Positions 1 to 12,244 of a stretch of 64,000 nucleotides of DNA are shown here, one piece after another. The stretch comes from Callorhinchus milii. Lineage: Eukaryota. How positions within the stretch are numbered: position 1 is the stretch's first letter; every line of letters begins with the position of its first letter. The stretch spans positions 80,106,001 through 80,170,000 of the forward strand of contig NW_024704742.1 in the NCBI RefSeq assembly GCF_018977255.1, in the 5' to 3' direction. Under the pieces are notes generated by a model. That model searched no databases, was not told where the DNA came from, and saw only the letters and a list, made by a program, of their open reading frames with translations. The position numbers were made by a program, and so were the translations under genes.

Positions 1-168
1 AGCAGACCGGAGCCTGCTGAGCGGAGGGGGTGGGCAGGTTGGTAGGAGGTTAGGAGGTCGCAGAGGTAGGGGGGAGCGAGGCCATTGAGGGCTTTGCAAA
101 AGAGACCAGGATTTTGAACTCTATCCTCTGTGTGATGGGAAGCCAGAGACAACTGCAGAGATTGGGTA
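1..168 (-). mobile_element. L2 LINE ORF2 3'-region fragment, cut by the window edge
   Basis: Similar to the antisense L2 text at 17220-17380 and 52160-52320 (ggttaggaggtcgcagaggtagggggg...gaccaggattttgaact). Confidence 0.85.
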
Positions 169-464
169 TTTCATATCAATGGTTTCTGGCATTAAAATAT
201 CTAAATACATAGATGGTTAGGAATGGGAATAAATGTTTGGGATGTTGATGAAGAGAAATAGTAAAATACTCAACAAAATACAATGGTTCTATTGCAGCTG
301 GAATCAGATCTGGAAACTTGGAAAACTTGGAAAATAAGTTGCAATGGTTGAAGAGTATAGTTGTGAGCATAGAAAGATATTCTGTCATTTGGATTGAATA
401 TTTTCAGGGACGAGACATGTACTACTCTGACTGTTTTTTCAGGGAATTAAACAAATGGGGTAGA

Positions 465-690
465 GTCTAAGAATATCTGTTTAGCTGGACATTTAAAATC
501 CCATGGCACTATTTGAAAAGAGAAGGGAATTTCTACTCATGTCCTGGCCAACAATCCCCCAAATTAATTGTTGACATGTTCACCTACAAAATACAGTCAC
601 CACTCTTTACAGTATATCCTGTGAAGAGCTTTGAGACATCCTCCCAACATGAAAATTGGCATAACAAATGGAAGGCTTATTATTAATAAT
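465..690 (+). mobile_element. Degraded Deu-domain SINE, 3' part
   Basis: ggacatttaaaatcccatggcactatttgaa...gtcctggccaacaatccc, then a tail ending ttattatta. Matches the other Deu-SINE copies in the window. Confidence 0.7.
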
Positions 691-1737
691 ATACAGTAGA
701 TTGTACAAATTATATTGAAGGAATGGGCATTGTACAATGGCTATTGAAGGAATAGACTTGACTGCTGAATATTCTTTCATTCTCATTCTTTGCTTCTTTG
801 TGCCTAATCTCAAGCATGTAAATCAAAAGGCATCTGGTGAAGCATAACTGGAAGCTGAGAAAAGGTGCACCCTTGAGTCATTCTCAAAGATGAATTAGCC
901 TCAAGACATATGTTACTGCCGGCTTACAACTTTCGCTGACAGAATGTACAATAAAGGCACTTTGAAGGTGGGCATCTTTGGAGGGGAGGGAACCTGTGAC
1001 ATGACGATGGTTGAATAATGTTTATGTGAAGATGGAAAAATATTCTGGAATTATATTTGATTACATTGAGGAATAGAGATAAATGATGCAGAACCTTTCC
1101 TTAGGGAATGGATTAAGTGGGATAGATTCCAAGATTGGATAAATAGTGCAGGGTCTGACGGAGGCAACAGTGCTTTGAGTCAGCCAGGTTTCACTGGCAT
1201 GTGTGCCAGTCGGTGCTGGCAAGAAACCAACCCTGAGGTGGGACTGATTTTAATTGGCCTGGATCTGTATCCAATTTTTGTAAATATAATGCATAACTGC
1301 TTCCTGACTCACTGAGTCGGGAAGCCCACAGGGGTCAGTTCCCTTCTTGACTTACTCTAGTCAGTGGCCCAGTGAAAGTAATTGATGTACGTGATGGCTG
1401 GAACCACTGATCAAAAACATTTGGTTTGACTTGAAAAATGGCACAAGTTTGCGCAAATCTGTAGGGAGAAAGGTTGTCAGGAAAGGCCAGCTCACTCGCT
1501 TCATTTAAAAAGCAGCTTGATGCTGTGATCGAAAGATGGTAGAGTGGTGATGAGGTCAAATTGATCTTTTTCATTCAAGCTAATCTTGTGAATTTTTATA
1601 TGACATATCCTGGTTGTTATTGAGAGACTAACCACACTATTAGAATCCCTTCACTCACTGCCTGCCAGGGTGAACTCATTAAAAAGGAAACATTGAAACC
1701 AACAAGTGTTTGACTATTTATTTGTAAGCATGCAAAG

Positions 1738-1948
1738 CAATAATAATCCCTCCAAAACAAAAAACAATAATAAATTGGTCACTTCAATCCACGATTGTTT
1801 GTGGGACACTACTGTGTGCAATTGGCTGCCGCGTTTTGCCCACAAATATACGGTCAATTCACTTTACAGCATATTCTGTGAAGCGCTTTGAGATGTCTAG
1901 AAGACGTGAAAAGCGCTATATCAAATGCAAGGATTATTATTATTATTA
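1738..1948 (+). mobile_element. Young tRNA-SINE, 5'-truncated
   Basis: aataatccctccaaaac...tgtgggacac...gtgaagcgctttgaga...aaatgcaaggattattatt. Near-identical to 56750-56955. Confidence 0.9.
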
Positions 1949-2114
1949 ATGAAGCAAATCCTTTGAAATATTGCAAGCAATATAATGGATCAAAATGCCC
2001 CGCAAATGCTAATAGAGTCTGCAAGTCAGTGGTTCTTAAAAAAAAATTAAGGCAGAATTGAAGAATTTTACACAATTTTTAAGTTTTAAAACAGAATTAT
2101 AGTACGGGGTAAGA

Positions 2115-2400
2115 CTGGGTGGAATTATTCATTCATATGTACGTAGACAGCAGAACAAGAGGGCACAAGTTTAGGGCTGCAAAGGAGAATTTCAGGATAG
2201 ACACCAAGAAGTACTTCATTGCCCAGAGGGTAATTAACAACTGTATTGGTTATCAGGATGGGCATTTGGTGCCAGAAAGCTATAGCTTAATTTACGAAAA
2301 AAATTAATGCTGAAATTGGAGTATGGTACATTGAGTATACAGGAAGAATGAGAGCAAATTGACCAAAGGGCCTTCTTCATCATACTTCCACTGTGATCTA
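2115..2400 (+). mobile_element. CR1-type LINE 3' remnant
   Basis: Translates DSRTRGHKFR...FRIDTKKYFIAQRVIN, homologous to the C-terminus of the CR1 at 47950-48070. Confidence 0.8.
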
Positions 2401-5357
2401 TAAGTTGGGCTTGTCAAACAGTCCTTCATGTACCATCCCGTGAATATACTATTAACTGTAGTGAACTTCCCACTTTGAAAAAAATCTCCTATAACTTGTT
2501 TCAATGCTCAGCTGATCACAGTTGAAAATAATCCAAAAAGTAATGTAATTGATTTCATTTATATTTTAGCAGGATATTACATAACTTTAAAATATTCAAA
2601 TGCATTTAGTTCAGTGAAGTGTGTAGAACTTAGACACCAGAAAATGAGGCAGCAAAAACGATGAGAGAAACTTCATAGAGGTATAATAATAATAATCCTT
2701 ACATTTGATCTAGCAGCTCATTATATCATTAAGTAGTCTATTCTTTTCTTCAATGTCAACTATCAAATGGTCCTTTTAAAGGTTTTGATCACCTTTTTAC
2801 ACATTTGGATTATTTTCAACTATGGTCACTCAAGCATTTAAATAAGAAACAGCATATCTTCTGATTTACAGTGGTTTAGAAAACTATCCTTTTCTTATAA
2901 AAGAAAGTTTTCTAAAATACCATCAATTGGGGAATGTCTGAAAGTAAAAGACTGAAGAACATAAACGTTTAGGGACTGGAAATGTGGTTGAGAGTTAAAT
3001 GAATGGATCCACAGCATGTGAAACTAGCAGAGACCCGTGGAGAGAGCAGAAACTGAGCTAAAGAGCAGTATGGACTGAAAAACAAATGTGTTGAACTAAA
3101 CCGATGGGCTGCAGATACCGAGGAAGGTCGTGCCCGCAGGATAAACAGCTAGGATAAGAAAAGGTTTAACAGCTGAGATGACGTATAACACAGAGGGGTG
3201 AAAAGGTGAACAAAAGAAGCTTGGAAACTCAGAAAGAAAATCAGAGTCTTAAAAGCAAAAACTAGAAAGAGAAATAAAGTTATAAAGAGAAATATTGAAT
3301 AGTGGGTGTCAAACATAAAAATAGGGTAGAAAAGCCGATTGGACATCCAAATGTGCTGCAGAGAGTTCAATTATGTGTGCAATCTCATGATGACTGACAA
3401 CATATTTAAGGACGTAATAACGAATAACACAGACCGATTGGGTAGACCAAAGAGTAGAATGGGGGGAGGGGGTGCATCAGATGGTGTATCAATCTCAGAC
3501 TGATGTGCTAAATGTCTTTTTGAAGTGGTAGTTATTAAAGTGAAATGTTTCAACTCAGTTCCTTGTGGGCATGTCAGTACTTTAACACAACATTTAGAGA
3601 GGGGGCAACATTTCTACGTTCTCCTGCTTAAGGGAAAATGTATACCGTATAAGAGAGGAATTTAGGGAGATTGTACCAATGAATGGATCATCCATAATTA
3701 TGATATAATATAATATATAATTCTTGCATATCTTCTTTACATTATTGAGATAGCTTCATAGGAAGTTCTTCATATGAATTTACTGTGAAGTGTAGTGACT
3801 GTGTATTTGTAGAAAAATAAGGCATACTTTCAGGCATAGGTTACTTTCAGCATTCTGACCCCTCAGAAATCAAAGTAAAATGGTCAATTTCACTGGATGG
3901 AAAGCAAAAAATCCTCTATTTTCTAGGACTCTTATTCTACAGCGCAAAGAAACACAAATAGTGTAATATGTTTTTTCAACTGAGTGTTGAATATCAGTGC
4001 AGGAGAAATGAAGAGGAAAGGGATGAAGAAGCTCCAATCTACAATAAGTAGCTTTGCGTGATATGTAAGAAAAACATTTCAAGTATGGAAATTATTGATG
4101 TATCCAGTTGTACCTTCATTTGTGTTGAAGTTAATAACTCTAAGCATCTCTGCTCTTGTAGATAGATTCGACCACAGATAGCGATAAGTCTCCCTAATTA
4201 AAAAAAATTCTACTGCCTTGAGGGGAAGCATCACAAAATTATTATGTGTAACCAATTAATGTTCCAAGCCAGCTTTGCACAATTATTTCTCCCAACCTAT
4301 TTTTGCAGAATGCTCCAGAGAGTTGTTTGTCTCCCTATGGCCTGCCCCTAAATAATGACCTCAGGAATATGTGGTACATGACACAAACAGTATCAGTCAG
4401 TGCAGATTTGTTTTTAGCAAGGCTAGCGAACAATGGGGATAGACATGGCAGATCTCATTTTCATTTGAATAAAACCATGCAACAGCCTATTTGACTCATT
4501 GACAAAATGAATGACTTCATTTTTTTTATCTCCCTTCCCTGTAGACTGCTCATAACTATTCTCCTCTGGGGAGAACAGTCTACCTCACGATGGCTCCCTT
4601 CAGTACTGTTCCAAACTGCAGGAACTCTTGGTTGAGACACTGAGCAGGAGCCTTTCTGCCTTCTCATGATCAAGATCAAATGGTCATTTCCTACTGACAC
4701 TTCATCTACTGGCTTGGCTGATATTTGACAGCTCAAATTTTCTCCAGAATTACTTGCAAAGGAAGGCTATCAAAGTAGATGCTGAAGATCAGCATATGAG
4801 GTCCTGTCTGCCTGCTCAGGTGAATACTGAAGATCCCATGGTTTGTCCCGATTGCCCTAGCCTAGACCCCCCCACCACACACCCAGCAGGGGCATATTAG
4901 TCATTCATTTCATGGTTGTTTGTGAGGCATTGGTGTGTGCAGAATGACTGCCATGTTTGCCTACAAACTCACTGCAACTAATAGTAAACGCTTTGAATTG
5001 CTTTGAGGTGTCCTGCACATGTAAATGGCACTATGTTAAATGCAAGGTTTACTTTATTACTATACACACTCAATTTAACCAACAATCTTTACATTAGTTT
5101 TTTATAATGAGAAATCCAATTTAAAGTCATTAAATAATAAATCACTTGTAAAGATCAATGTATGATACACCTCAGAATAATTGGATCAAAAAGGCACTTG
5201 AGTTTATTTCCAGAAAAATGAAGGACAAAGGGATAATGGGGACACAAAAACAGAAGTCGCTGGGAACATTTTGAATTGGTCCCAGGCACACCTTTTCTCT
5301 CTCTAATCTGCCTGTTTTATTACAAGTTCTTTCCAGCCCCTCTTGTTCTGCAGTATT

Positions 5358-5660
5358 GTGGAGTCCTGTAGGTCAGTGGTTAGAGCAAGCGAGACACCTG
5401 GGTTCAAACCCAGGCAGGGCAAAACCTTGGGCAAGTTTCCTTACTCCACACGCCTAATAATAATCCCTTCAAAACAAAACAATAATAAATTGGTCATTTT
5501 CAATCCACGACTGTTTGTGGGACACTGCTGTGCGCAATTGGCTGCAGTGTTTCACCCACAAATATACAATCAATTCACTTTACAGCATATTCTGTGAAGC
5601 GCTTTGAGACGTCGATAAGATGTGAAAAGCGTTATATCAAATGCAAGTATTATTATTATA
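5358..5660 (+). mobile_element. Young tRNA-derived SINE (short variant)
   Basis: gagtcctgtaggtcagtggttagagc (A box), ggttcaaacc (B box), body and (TTA)n tail. Confidence 0.9.
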
Positions 5661-5930
5661 TTGTTATAACACCTCTATTTCCCTGCTTTGTTGCAATTCC
5701 CCCCTTTGTTTTGCATTATTAACAACTTCTTAACCCATCAACAACAAGATTCCATTTATAAAGCGCCTTTCACGTCAGGAGGACGTCCCAAGGCGCTGCA
5801 ACCCCTGTCCTCTACCCCATTTTCTCCTTTGTCTTCCTTACCCTGCCTTCCCCTTCTCCCTCCCTTAAAAACCTCTCCCTCCCAACATTCCCCAGTTCTG
5901 ACGAAGGGTCGTGGACCCATAAAGTTGACT
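5661..5930 (+). mobile_element. Penelope-like element terminal (pLTR) remnant with a degenerate hammerhead, interrupted by an L2 tail
   Basis: Pyrimidine-rich tract ending ccccagttctgacgaagggtcgtggaccc, resembling the vertebrate Penelope pLTR motif CTGAYGA-stem-GAAAC (recognised from memory). Confidence 0.55.
5739..5800 (-). mobile_element. Tail-only L2 insertion (type A)
   Basis: Reverse complement of the L2 3' end at about 7498-7560. Flanked by aacccat / aacccct, a possible TSD. Confidence 0.9.
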
Positions 5931-5969
5931 TGGGTCCACGGGGTTGGGACAAAATAGTTGGACTCTGTG

Positions 5970-7348
5970 CTCCCTTAAAAACTGCCATCATCACGCCCAC
6001 CCTGAAAAAACCCTCCCTTGATGCGTCGCAGCTATCAAGCTACCGGCCCATCTCCAACCTCCCCTTTCTCTCCAAGGTTCTGGAAAGAGTTGTCGCCTCC
6101 CAACTGCGCTCTTTCCTTTCCACCCATTCTCTTTTCGAACCCCTTCAGTCAGGTTTCCGTGCTGCCCATAGCACAGAAACTGCCCTGGTCAAGGTCACCA
6201 ATGATATCCTGACCATCTGTGACCAGGGCTCCCTCTGCCTCCTCGTCCTCCTCGACCTATCGGCAGCATTCGATACGGTCGACCACGCTATCCTACTCCA
6301 CCGCTTGTCCTCCCACCTCAACCTTCAAGGCACTGTCCTTGAGTGGTTTAGGTCGTACCTTTCTCACCGTCTTCACTTTGTCTCGACGAATGGCTTCTCC
6401 TCCACCCCCCGTACTGTCTCATGTGGTGTCCCTCAGGGCTCTGTCCTCGGTCCCCTCCTCTTCACCCTCTATATGCTCCCCCTCGGTGACATCATCCGCA
6501 GACATGGAGTTAACTTCCACATGTATGCGGATGACACCCAACTCTACCTTTCCTCCTCTACTCTCAACTCCACGACCACCGATGTCCTGACAGCCTGCCT
6601 GTCCGACATCGAGTCCTGGACGAGAGACAACTTTCTTCAGCTCAACGTGCGAAAAACCGAGGCCCTCCTGATTGGCTCACGTCAGCGCCTCCGCACCTCA
6701 GGCGCTGACACCATCAGCATCCAAGGCTGCACTCTCCACCTCTCAAAGCCAGTCAGGAACCTCGGCGTTTTGTTCGACCCTGAGCTGTCCTTTCTCCCTC
6801 ACATCCGCACCACAACTGGCACCGCCTTCCATCACCTCCGGAACATCGCCAGACTACGGCACTACCTCACCCCTCACGCTGCTGAAACCCTGGTTCACGC
6901 CTTTGTCACCTCAAGGCTGGACTATGGGAACTCTCTCCTCGCCGGCCTTCCCGGCACCTCCCTCCACAAGCTGCAGGTCATTCAGAACTCTGCAGCTCGT
7001 GTACTGTCCCGCACCAGGCTTCGGGACCACATCACTCCCACCCTCGCTCGCCTCCACTGGCTCCCCATCCCCCAGAGGATTGATTTCAAGATCCTCATCC
7101 TCACCTACAAGGCCATTCACGGCCTTGTTCCCTCCTACCTCTCCGACCTACTATCCCCCTACCTACCTGCCCGTACCCTCCGTTCCTCCGGCTCCGGTCT
7201 GCTCCACGTCCCCCGCCCCAACCGCCCTACCATCGGTGGTCGGGCCTTCAGCCTCTCAGCCCTGAGGCTCTGGAACTCTATCCCCCAGTGCCTTCGCCGC
7301 TTCCTCCCTTTCCTCCTTCAAGGCCGGTCTCAAAACCTTTCTCTTTGA
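5970..7348 (+). pseudogene. L2 ORF2 reverse-transcriptase domain, N-terminally truncated (no endonuclease), with a C-terminal frameshift
   Basis: Motifs [43 protein letters not shown] and LHWLP. The residues before LKTAIITP come from flanking DNA. A 2-nt deletion near 7298 (ccttcgcc-gcttcc, versus ccttcgccttgcttcc in the copy at about 17930) shifts the end. Confidence 0.92.
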
Positions 7349-7568
7349 CCGTGCCTTCAGCTCCCCTCTCGACTCTCTTCCCCCTTCTCGCTCCCTCCCA
7401 TCCCTCCCCTCACCCTGACCATTTCCCCCTCCTCGCTCCCTCCCTTCCCTCCCCTCACCCTGACCATTTCCCCCCTGCTCGGGTCATGACCCAACTGTGC
7501 AGCGCCTTGGGACGTCCTCCTGACGTGAAAGGCGCTTTATAAATGGAATCTTGTTATTGTTGTTGTTG
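5970..7568 (+). mobile_element. Young 5'-truncated L2 LINE (type A tail: ...ataaatggaatc(ttg)n)
   Basis: Open RT frame, 3'UTR with a 45-bp tandem duplication, terminal stem-loop gcgcctt..acgtc-ctcct-gacgt..aaggcgc, and a (TTG)n tail. Confidence 0.97.
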
Positions 7569-8574
7569 TAAATCTCCATTAATCTTTCAAAGGAAGAAGC
7601 AGTGGGACAATAATTAAACTGAGAACATTTCTGGCTGAAACAAGCATTGATATTTCAGTGGTTCCAGACAGTTTCCCACTTATTTTCCAGAGCACGACCT
7701 GCCTTTTAAAATGGGTAAAACTGATATTCAGAAAATTGAGTTACAGAATACTGATGAACACACTATCACTCTTCTGTAGGTCTTTTCATGCCAGCATTTC
7801 ATTACAGCTGATAAGAGAACTGCAATGAACTGTGGGGCTTCCTATCATGAAGCATGTGTCAGCACTTATAGTTGAATGTCATCCATTGAATTCTGCCTGT
7901 ATTCCTACTCCTCAGAAAACACTGGAGAATTCCTGAATTGCCAGGCTCCTGATACTTCTGGTGCATACCAATAGGGATTTCAAGTGCAAAAGGATCACTT
8001 TAAGCTCACGACAATTGAAAAAGTACACTGTTCATCACATTCAAATACATCGCTATCCCTGTCCTAATTAAATCTCTGGAGTGTTTCATTTAAAAAACAG
8101 AGTTGATAATAATAATCCTTGTGTTTGATACAGTGCCTTATCATGTTGTTGAGACATCTCAAAGCGCTTCACAGAAACAGAGATATGGAACAAAAGAAAA
8201 ATAGAGATATAGAACAATCGAACTGTAACTGGATATGTTTTTTTCAAATATGTATATAGTATTATAGTTATTATAGTGTATAACAGTATGTGGTGGTTTG
8301 CTGTGAGATCTGTGATTATGGTTGTACTTGCTACTACAGATGTAATATGAGGCATAATAATTTAGGTCCAATTTTGGACTGTTGGGCATAAGGAATGTTA
8401 AATTGGTTTGTGTAATTGACCTAATTTCAGCTCCAAGTTTAAACATGTCACGGCTGCATCCCTGGTGGTAAGTTGAATGGCCAGTTACTGAAGGTCATAT
8501 TTACTGGCAAAGGGACCATGGCCAACAGTGCCTCATTATTTGAAACCTGTGTTAATTCCCAGATACATTGAACT

Positions 8575-8928
8575 ACAGTCTAGGTTAATACTTTAATGCA
8601 GAACTAAGGATGTGATGCACTGTTGGAGGTACTGTCTTTCAGGTGAGACAATTAATCAAGGCTCTGCCTGCCTGATAAGGAGGACATTCAAAATCCCACG
8701 GCACTATTCGAAAAGAAAAGGGAGTTTCTCCTCATGTGTTGGCCAACAATCCCTCAAATAAAATTGGCCTTTAACTTCATGGCTGTTTGTGGGACATTGT
8801 TGTGTGCTAATTGGCTGCTGAGTTTGTCCACAAAATACACAGACACTCCACTTACAATTTATCCTGTAAATCATGTTGAGATGTCTTAACATAATAAAGC
8901 ACTATATCAAATGCAAGGATTATTATTA
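8575..8928 (+). mobile_element. Deu-domain SINE (SacSINE1-like), head lost
   Basis: gcactgttggaggtactgtctttcaggtgagac...atcccacggcactattcgaa...ctgtttgtgggacattg...atcaaatgcaaggattatt. Confidence 0.8.
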
Positions 8929-10289
8929 CCAATCGGGTTGTTTGTTTCTCAAATGTAACTTGACAAAATAAATGAATCTATCATTAAATGCATCATCAAG
9001 AAGATAGGTGATGCTAAACACACAGTTAAGACGCTATTTGAAAAGAGAACAGAATTTCTCCTGGTGCCCTGGCCAACAACCCTCCAGATAAATTGAACAA
9101 TTCATTTCACGGCTGTGTGTAGGAAATTGCTGTGTGGAAATTGGCTATTGCATTTGCTGGCACATAGACAATTACTCGCAAAATATTTTGAGATATTTTG
9201 TTGTTCCAAAAAAATTTCTATCACTAAAGGAAAGTTTGATTTAAATTGTTAGGGAATAAGGAGGGGTCTGGAGGTGAAAAAACTAGGAAAGAGTTAAAAG
9301 CCACAGAGCTTTTACAAACCAATCTAGAAGGTTAATTTACTCCAATTTATTACAGGAGTCACTAATAGATTCTCCTGCCAGAAACTGAGATGCATCACAT
9401 TGACTCATAGAAGCTCAGTTCCAATCTGATCTCCTTCCGTTTATTGGATTCCCTGCAGGTTGCTGTTTTTGGCAGGAGTGGCTTTCTGTTAGTCACTAAT
9501 ACACTCCTGTTTCAAATTGCTGCATATTTGACTCCCCCATTAAATAAAATGTGTTACATGATATCCAGCCTCTGGTGATTAGTCTGTCCTCATTGATTTA
9601 TAACTCTCTATATCAAACAAGAAGACAACTCAAGCCAATTACTAACACAGAGCACTAAAACCACCAATCTTTATAATCATATTTCCAATTATTGGCAAGT
9701 CATGACCCATAATCAGATCCATTCAGTCCTCCACTGGAAAAGTGCAAGTTATTTCCTACCTGCAAATCCAGACAACAGAGAATGCTGGTAAGAAGCAACA
9801 ACTTAATATTCAACTCTGTGCTTCTGGTGATGTTGCTGTGTTAATAAATGTTTTTCTGCGACATGGTTTTGTACTAAGATTGGAACACCTTTACATGACA
9901 ATATATGTAATATATGCAAACATAATTCTGGCATTCAAAAACCACTTCTAAATTCAGGCTAAATTTAGGAATAAGTAGACTTGTCTGCTGGTTATACGAA
10001 TGCTTAACTACTTTTTGGAGATTGGTGAAAGGCATCAGCAGTCAAAGTTTCAATAGGAAGCCATAAGAGAGCCTACCATTCAGTTTTCCTGCTCCAATAA
10101 TTGAACAATTCATGATTGTTTTGGAAGTTGACTGTAAATGGTTACCAATCTTCAAGAGAATCTCTTTTCTATGAACCACAAAACACTTGCAAGTCAAAAA
10201 ATGAAAGTGCTTAAGGTTGATAAATTGATGTATACAGTTGAATTGATTAATACCTGCATGTTTGCATACATTTTGATCATGCTTATGGT

Positions 10290-10397
10290 CACCAACCCCT
10301 TTCCTCTCCCTCAGCTCATTGACAGACTCCTCCACTGTGAAGCGCTCCAGGACACTATCCTGCATGAATGGCGCAATATAAATGCAAGTTGTTGTTT
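10290..10397 (+). mobile_element. Old L2 3' end (third tail type: ...ataaatgcaagttgttg)
   Basis: Same tail as 50720-50822 (ctcattg..cagact..ccactgt..aagcgctc). Confidence 0.6.
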
Positions 10398-11872
10398 TAC
10401 GTACTGTGCCCCTACAGTACTCTGGGAAAGTCCCAACATTGTGAAATGCCCTATTGTGTGACCTATTGTACTGGAGAAATGAATGAAACAATCAGTCCTC
10501 TAGAACTGTGCATCAGTTACTCATTGAGTGCAAGTGGACCAGAAAAAGCTCCTTGTGATGCTTGAAATGAACAATCTGCCCAAACCTGATAGGTGCTGTG
10601 ACTTTAATGCCCTTTTCAAACTGCGACAAGCAATGCAATTCATTTCACGCAGTAGAGTAATTGGAGCAAAAATAGATTTCACCAGAGCTGGGAGCAGAGC
10701 AAGAAATCAAGCCAAAATCATAAAATTTGATTTATACTGTACTTATAGCCTTAATTCGATGTGAAAACAGTGTTGTATCAATTCTAACAGCGCAAAATGC
10801 AAAACTGCCACAGGCAAAGTAGTTTAACTCAGTGAAGACCCCGTGAATCAGCTATTACTAATTGTCCTCGACTCAGATATGAACTCTTTGGAAGCCTGAA
10901 CACATGCACTGGTCCTCTTTTCATCTGAGTAATTAAGAAGTGGCCGGAGGGTAAGCTTTACCCTGGCTGTTGTGTTCCTTGAAGGTGCCTTCTATGCCAC
11001 CATTAAGAGTACTATTATGATTGCAGTAGTGAAAATCTCATCTATTTTATGTTCTTTCCAATACAGCATTTAATCCTGTCTTGGTATTAAATCCTTGTTC
11101 CACTGAGAAACATATATTACAGGTATCAAAGGTCTTTTATAATCAGCAAAAATGAGATTCTTACTGACCTGAATTAAATCTGATAATTAGCTCAATTTCA
11201 CTCACTAGCTATGCATTTATCATTGTTCTAGGGCAGAATTGAAAAATAAACAATACAGCATTGAAACAATCACAGCTTGCCCTAATACTGAGAATGCTAT
11301 TTTTTGCCAACGCAAAGCAGTTGTTAAAATGATTGCCATTTGGCAAATACAGCTCTATGAAATATTTAACTTGCAAATTTAATAAGACCACCTTCCATGG
11401 TAAATAGATGAGCTTTTCAATTCTTAGACTTTTTTTCTTTTTCAATATCTACTCAAATTTTCTGCCTTGTCTTTTGAAGGTACTGTTTAACGCTGGAGTT
11501 CAGTTCCACATGCTTGCATCATTCTCTAGTAGCTCATGCAAAGTGCTTTCTAAAACCTCAGTCAAGATGATAGTCTAATTCCTCATAATGGCAAACTGGA
11601 TTTATTGCATTCATTACAATTTCTGGTCTAAGCTCATTAGCATTGTCTTGGAGAGGGAGGAGGAGAAGACAGTGTGCAGAGCACAGGCACGAAACAAGGG
11701 TGTTTTGCCCCTCTGCTTTTCCAGACTTTGCAAGTGTGAGCTTTGCAAATCTTGGACTGTGAATTTTGCAAAAAAAAAATTGTAGTTTCAAGCTCTAAAT
11801 TTGCAATTAAAACAACAAATTTGGTTTGCAATATTCCATGATGGATCCCAAGGAAAGTTAATAAGATATGTG

Positions 11873-12102
11873 TCTATCCCGTTCCGCAGTCCCTCTGCCT
11901 TGTCCCCTCCCTTGACTCCTTCAAACCCATCTCAAGACCCTCCTCTTTATCCGTGCTTTCGATCACACTGCTTCCCCCACCCTGCCCTCCACTCTCCCCA
12001 ATCCCAACCCCCAGCTCGGGTCCAAAACATTGACTGTCCAGCGCCTTGAGACGTCCTCCTGATGTGAAAGACATTATACAAATGTAATTTTATTGTTGTT
12101 GT
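11873..12102 (+). mobile_element. L2 3' fragment (type B tail: ...atacaaatgtaat(ttg)n)
   Basis: ccttcaaacccatctcaagaccctcctc...ctgtccagcgccttgagacgtcctcctgatgtgaaag...ttgttgttg. Confidence 0.85.
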
Positions 12103-12244
12103 CCAGAGAGAGTACCACATTCTAGCCTGATTGAACCTCACTCAAATTCCTCACCAATACGCTTCTAGTAAGACAGATTTCCAACTATTTTTCCCCTTCT
12201 TTTGCTCAAAGGTTGAAAGTTAGACATAGATAAATAAAAAGGGG

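Noticed and set aside
5930..7348. 472-aa ORF as a host gene, retron or group II intron RT
   Set aside because: The motifs, 3' stem-loop and (TTG)n tail identify a 5'-truncated L2. The start lies in flanking DNA and is not an ATG.
6219..7542. Long Ser/Pro-rich overlapping ORFs (also at 17681-18322, 37777-38350 and 55199-55663)
   Set aside because: Alternative-frame reads of C-rich L2 sequence, which is poor in stop codons.
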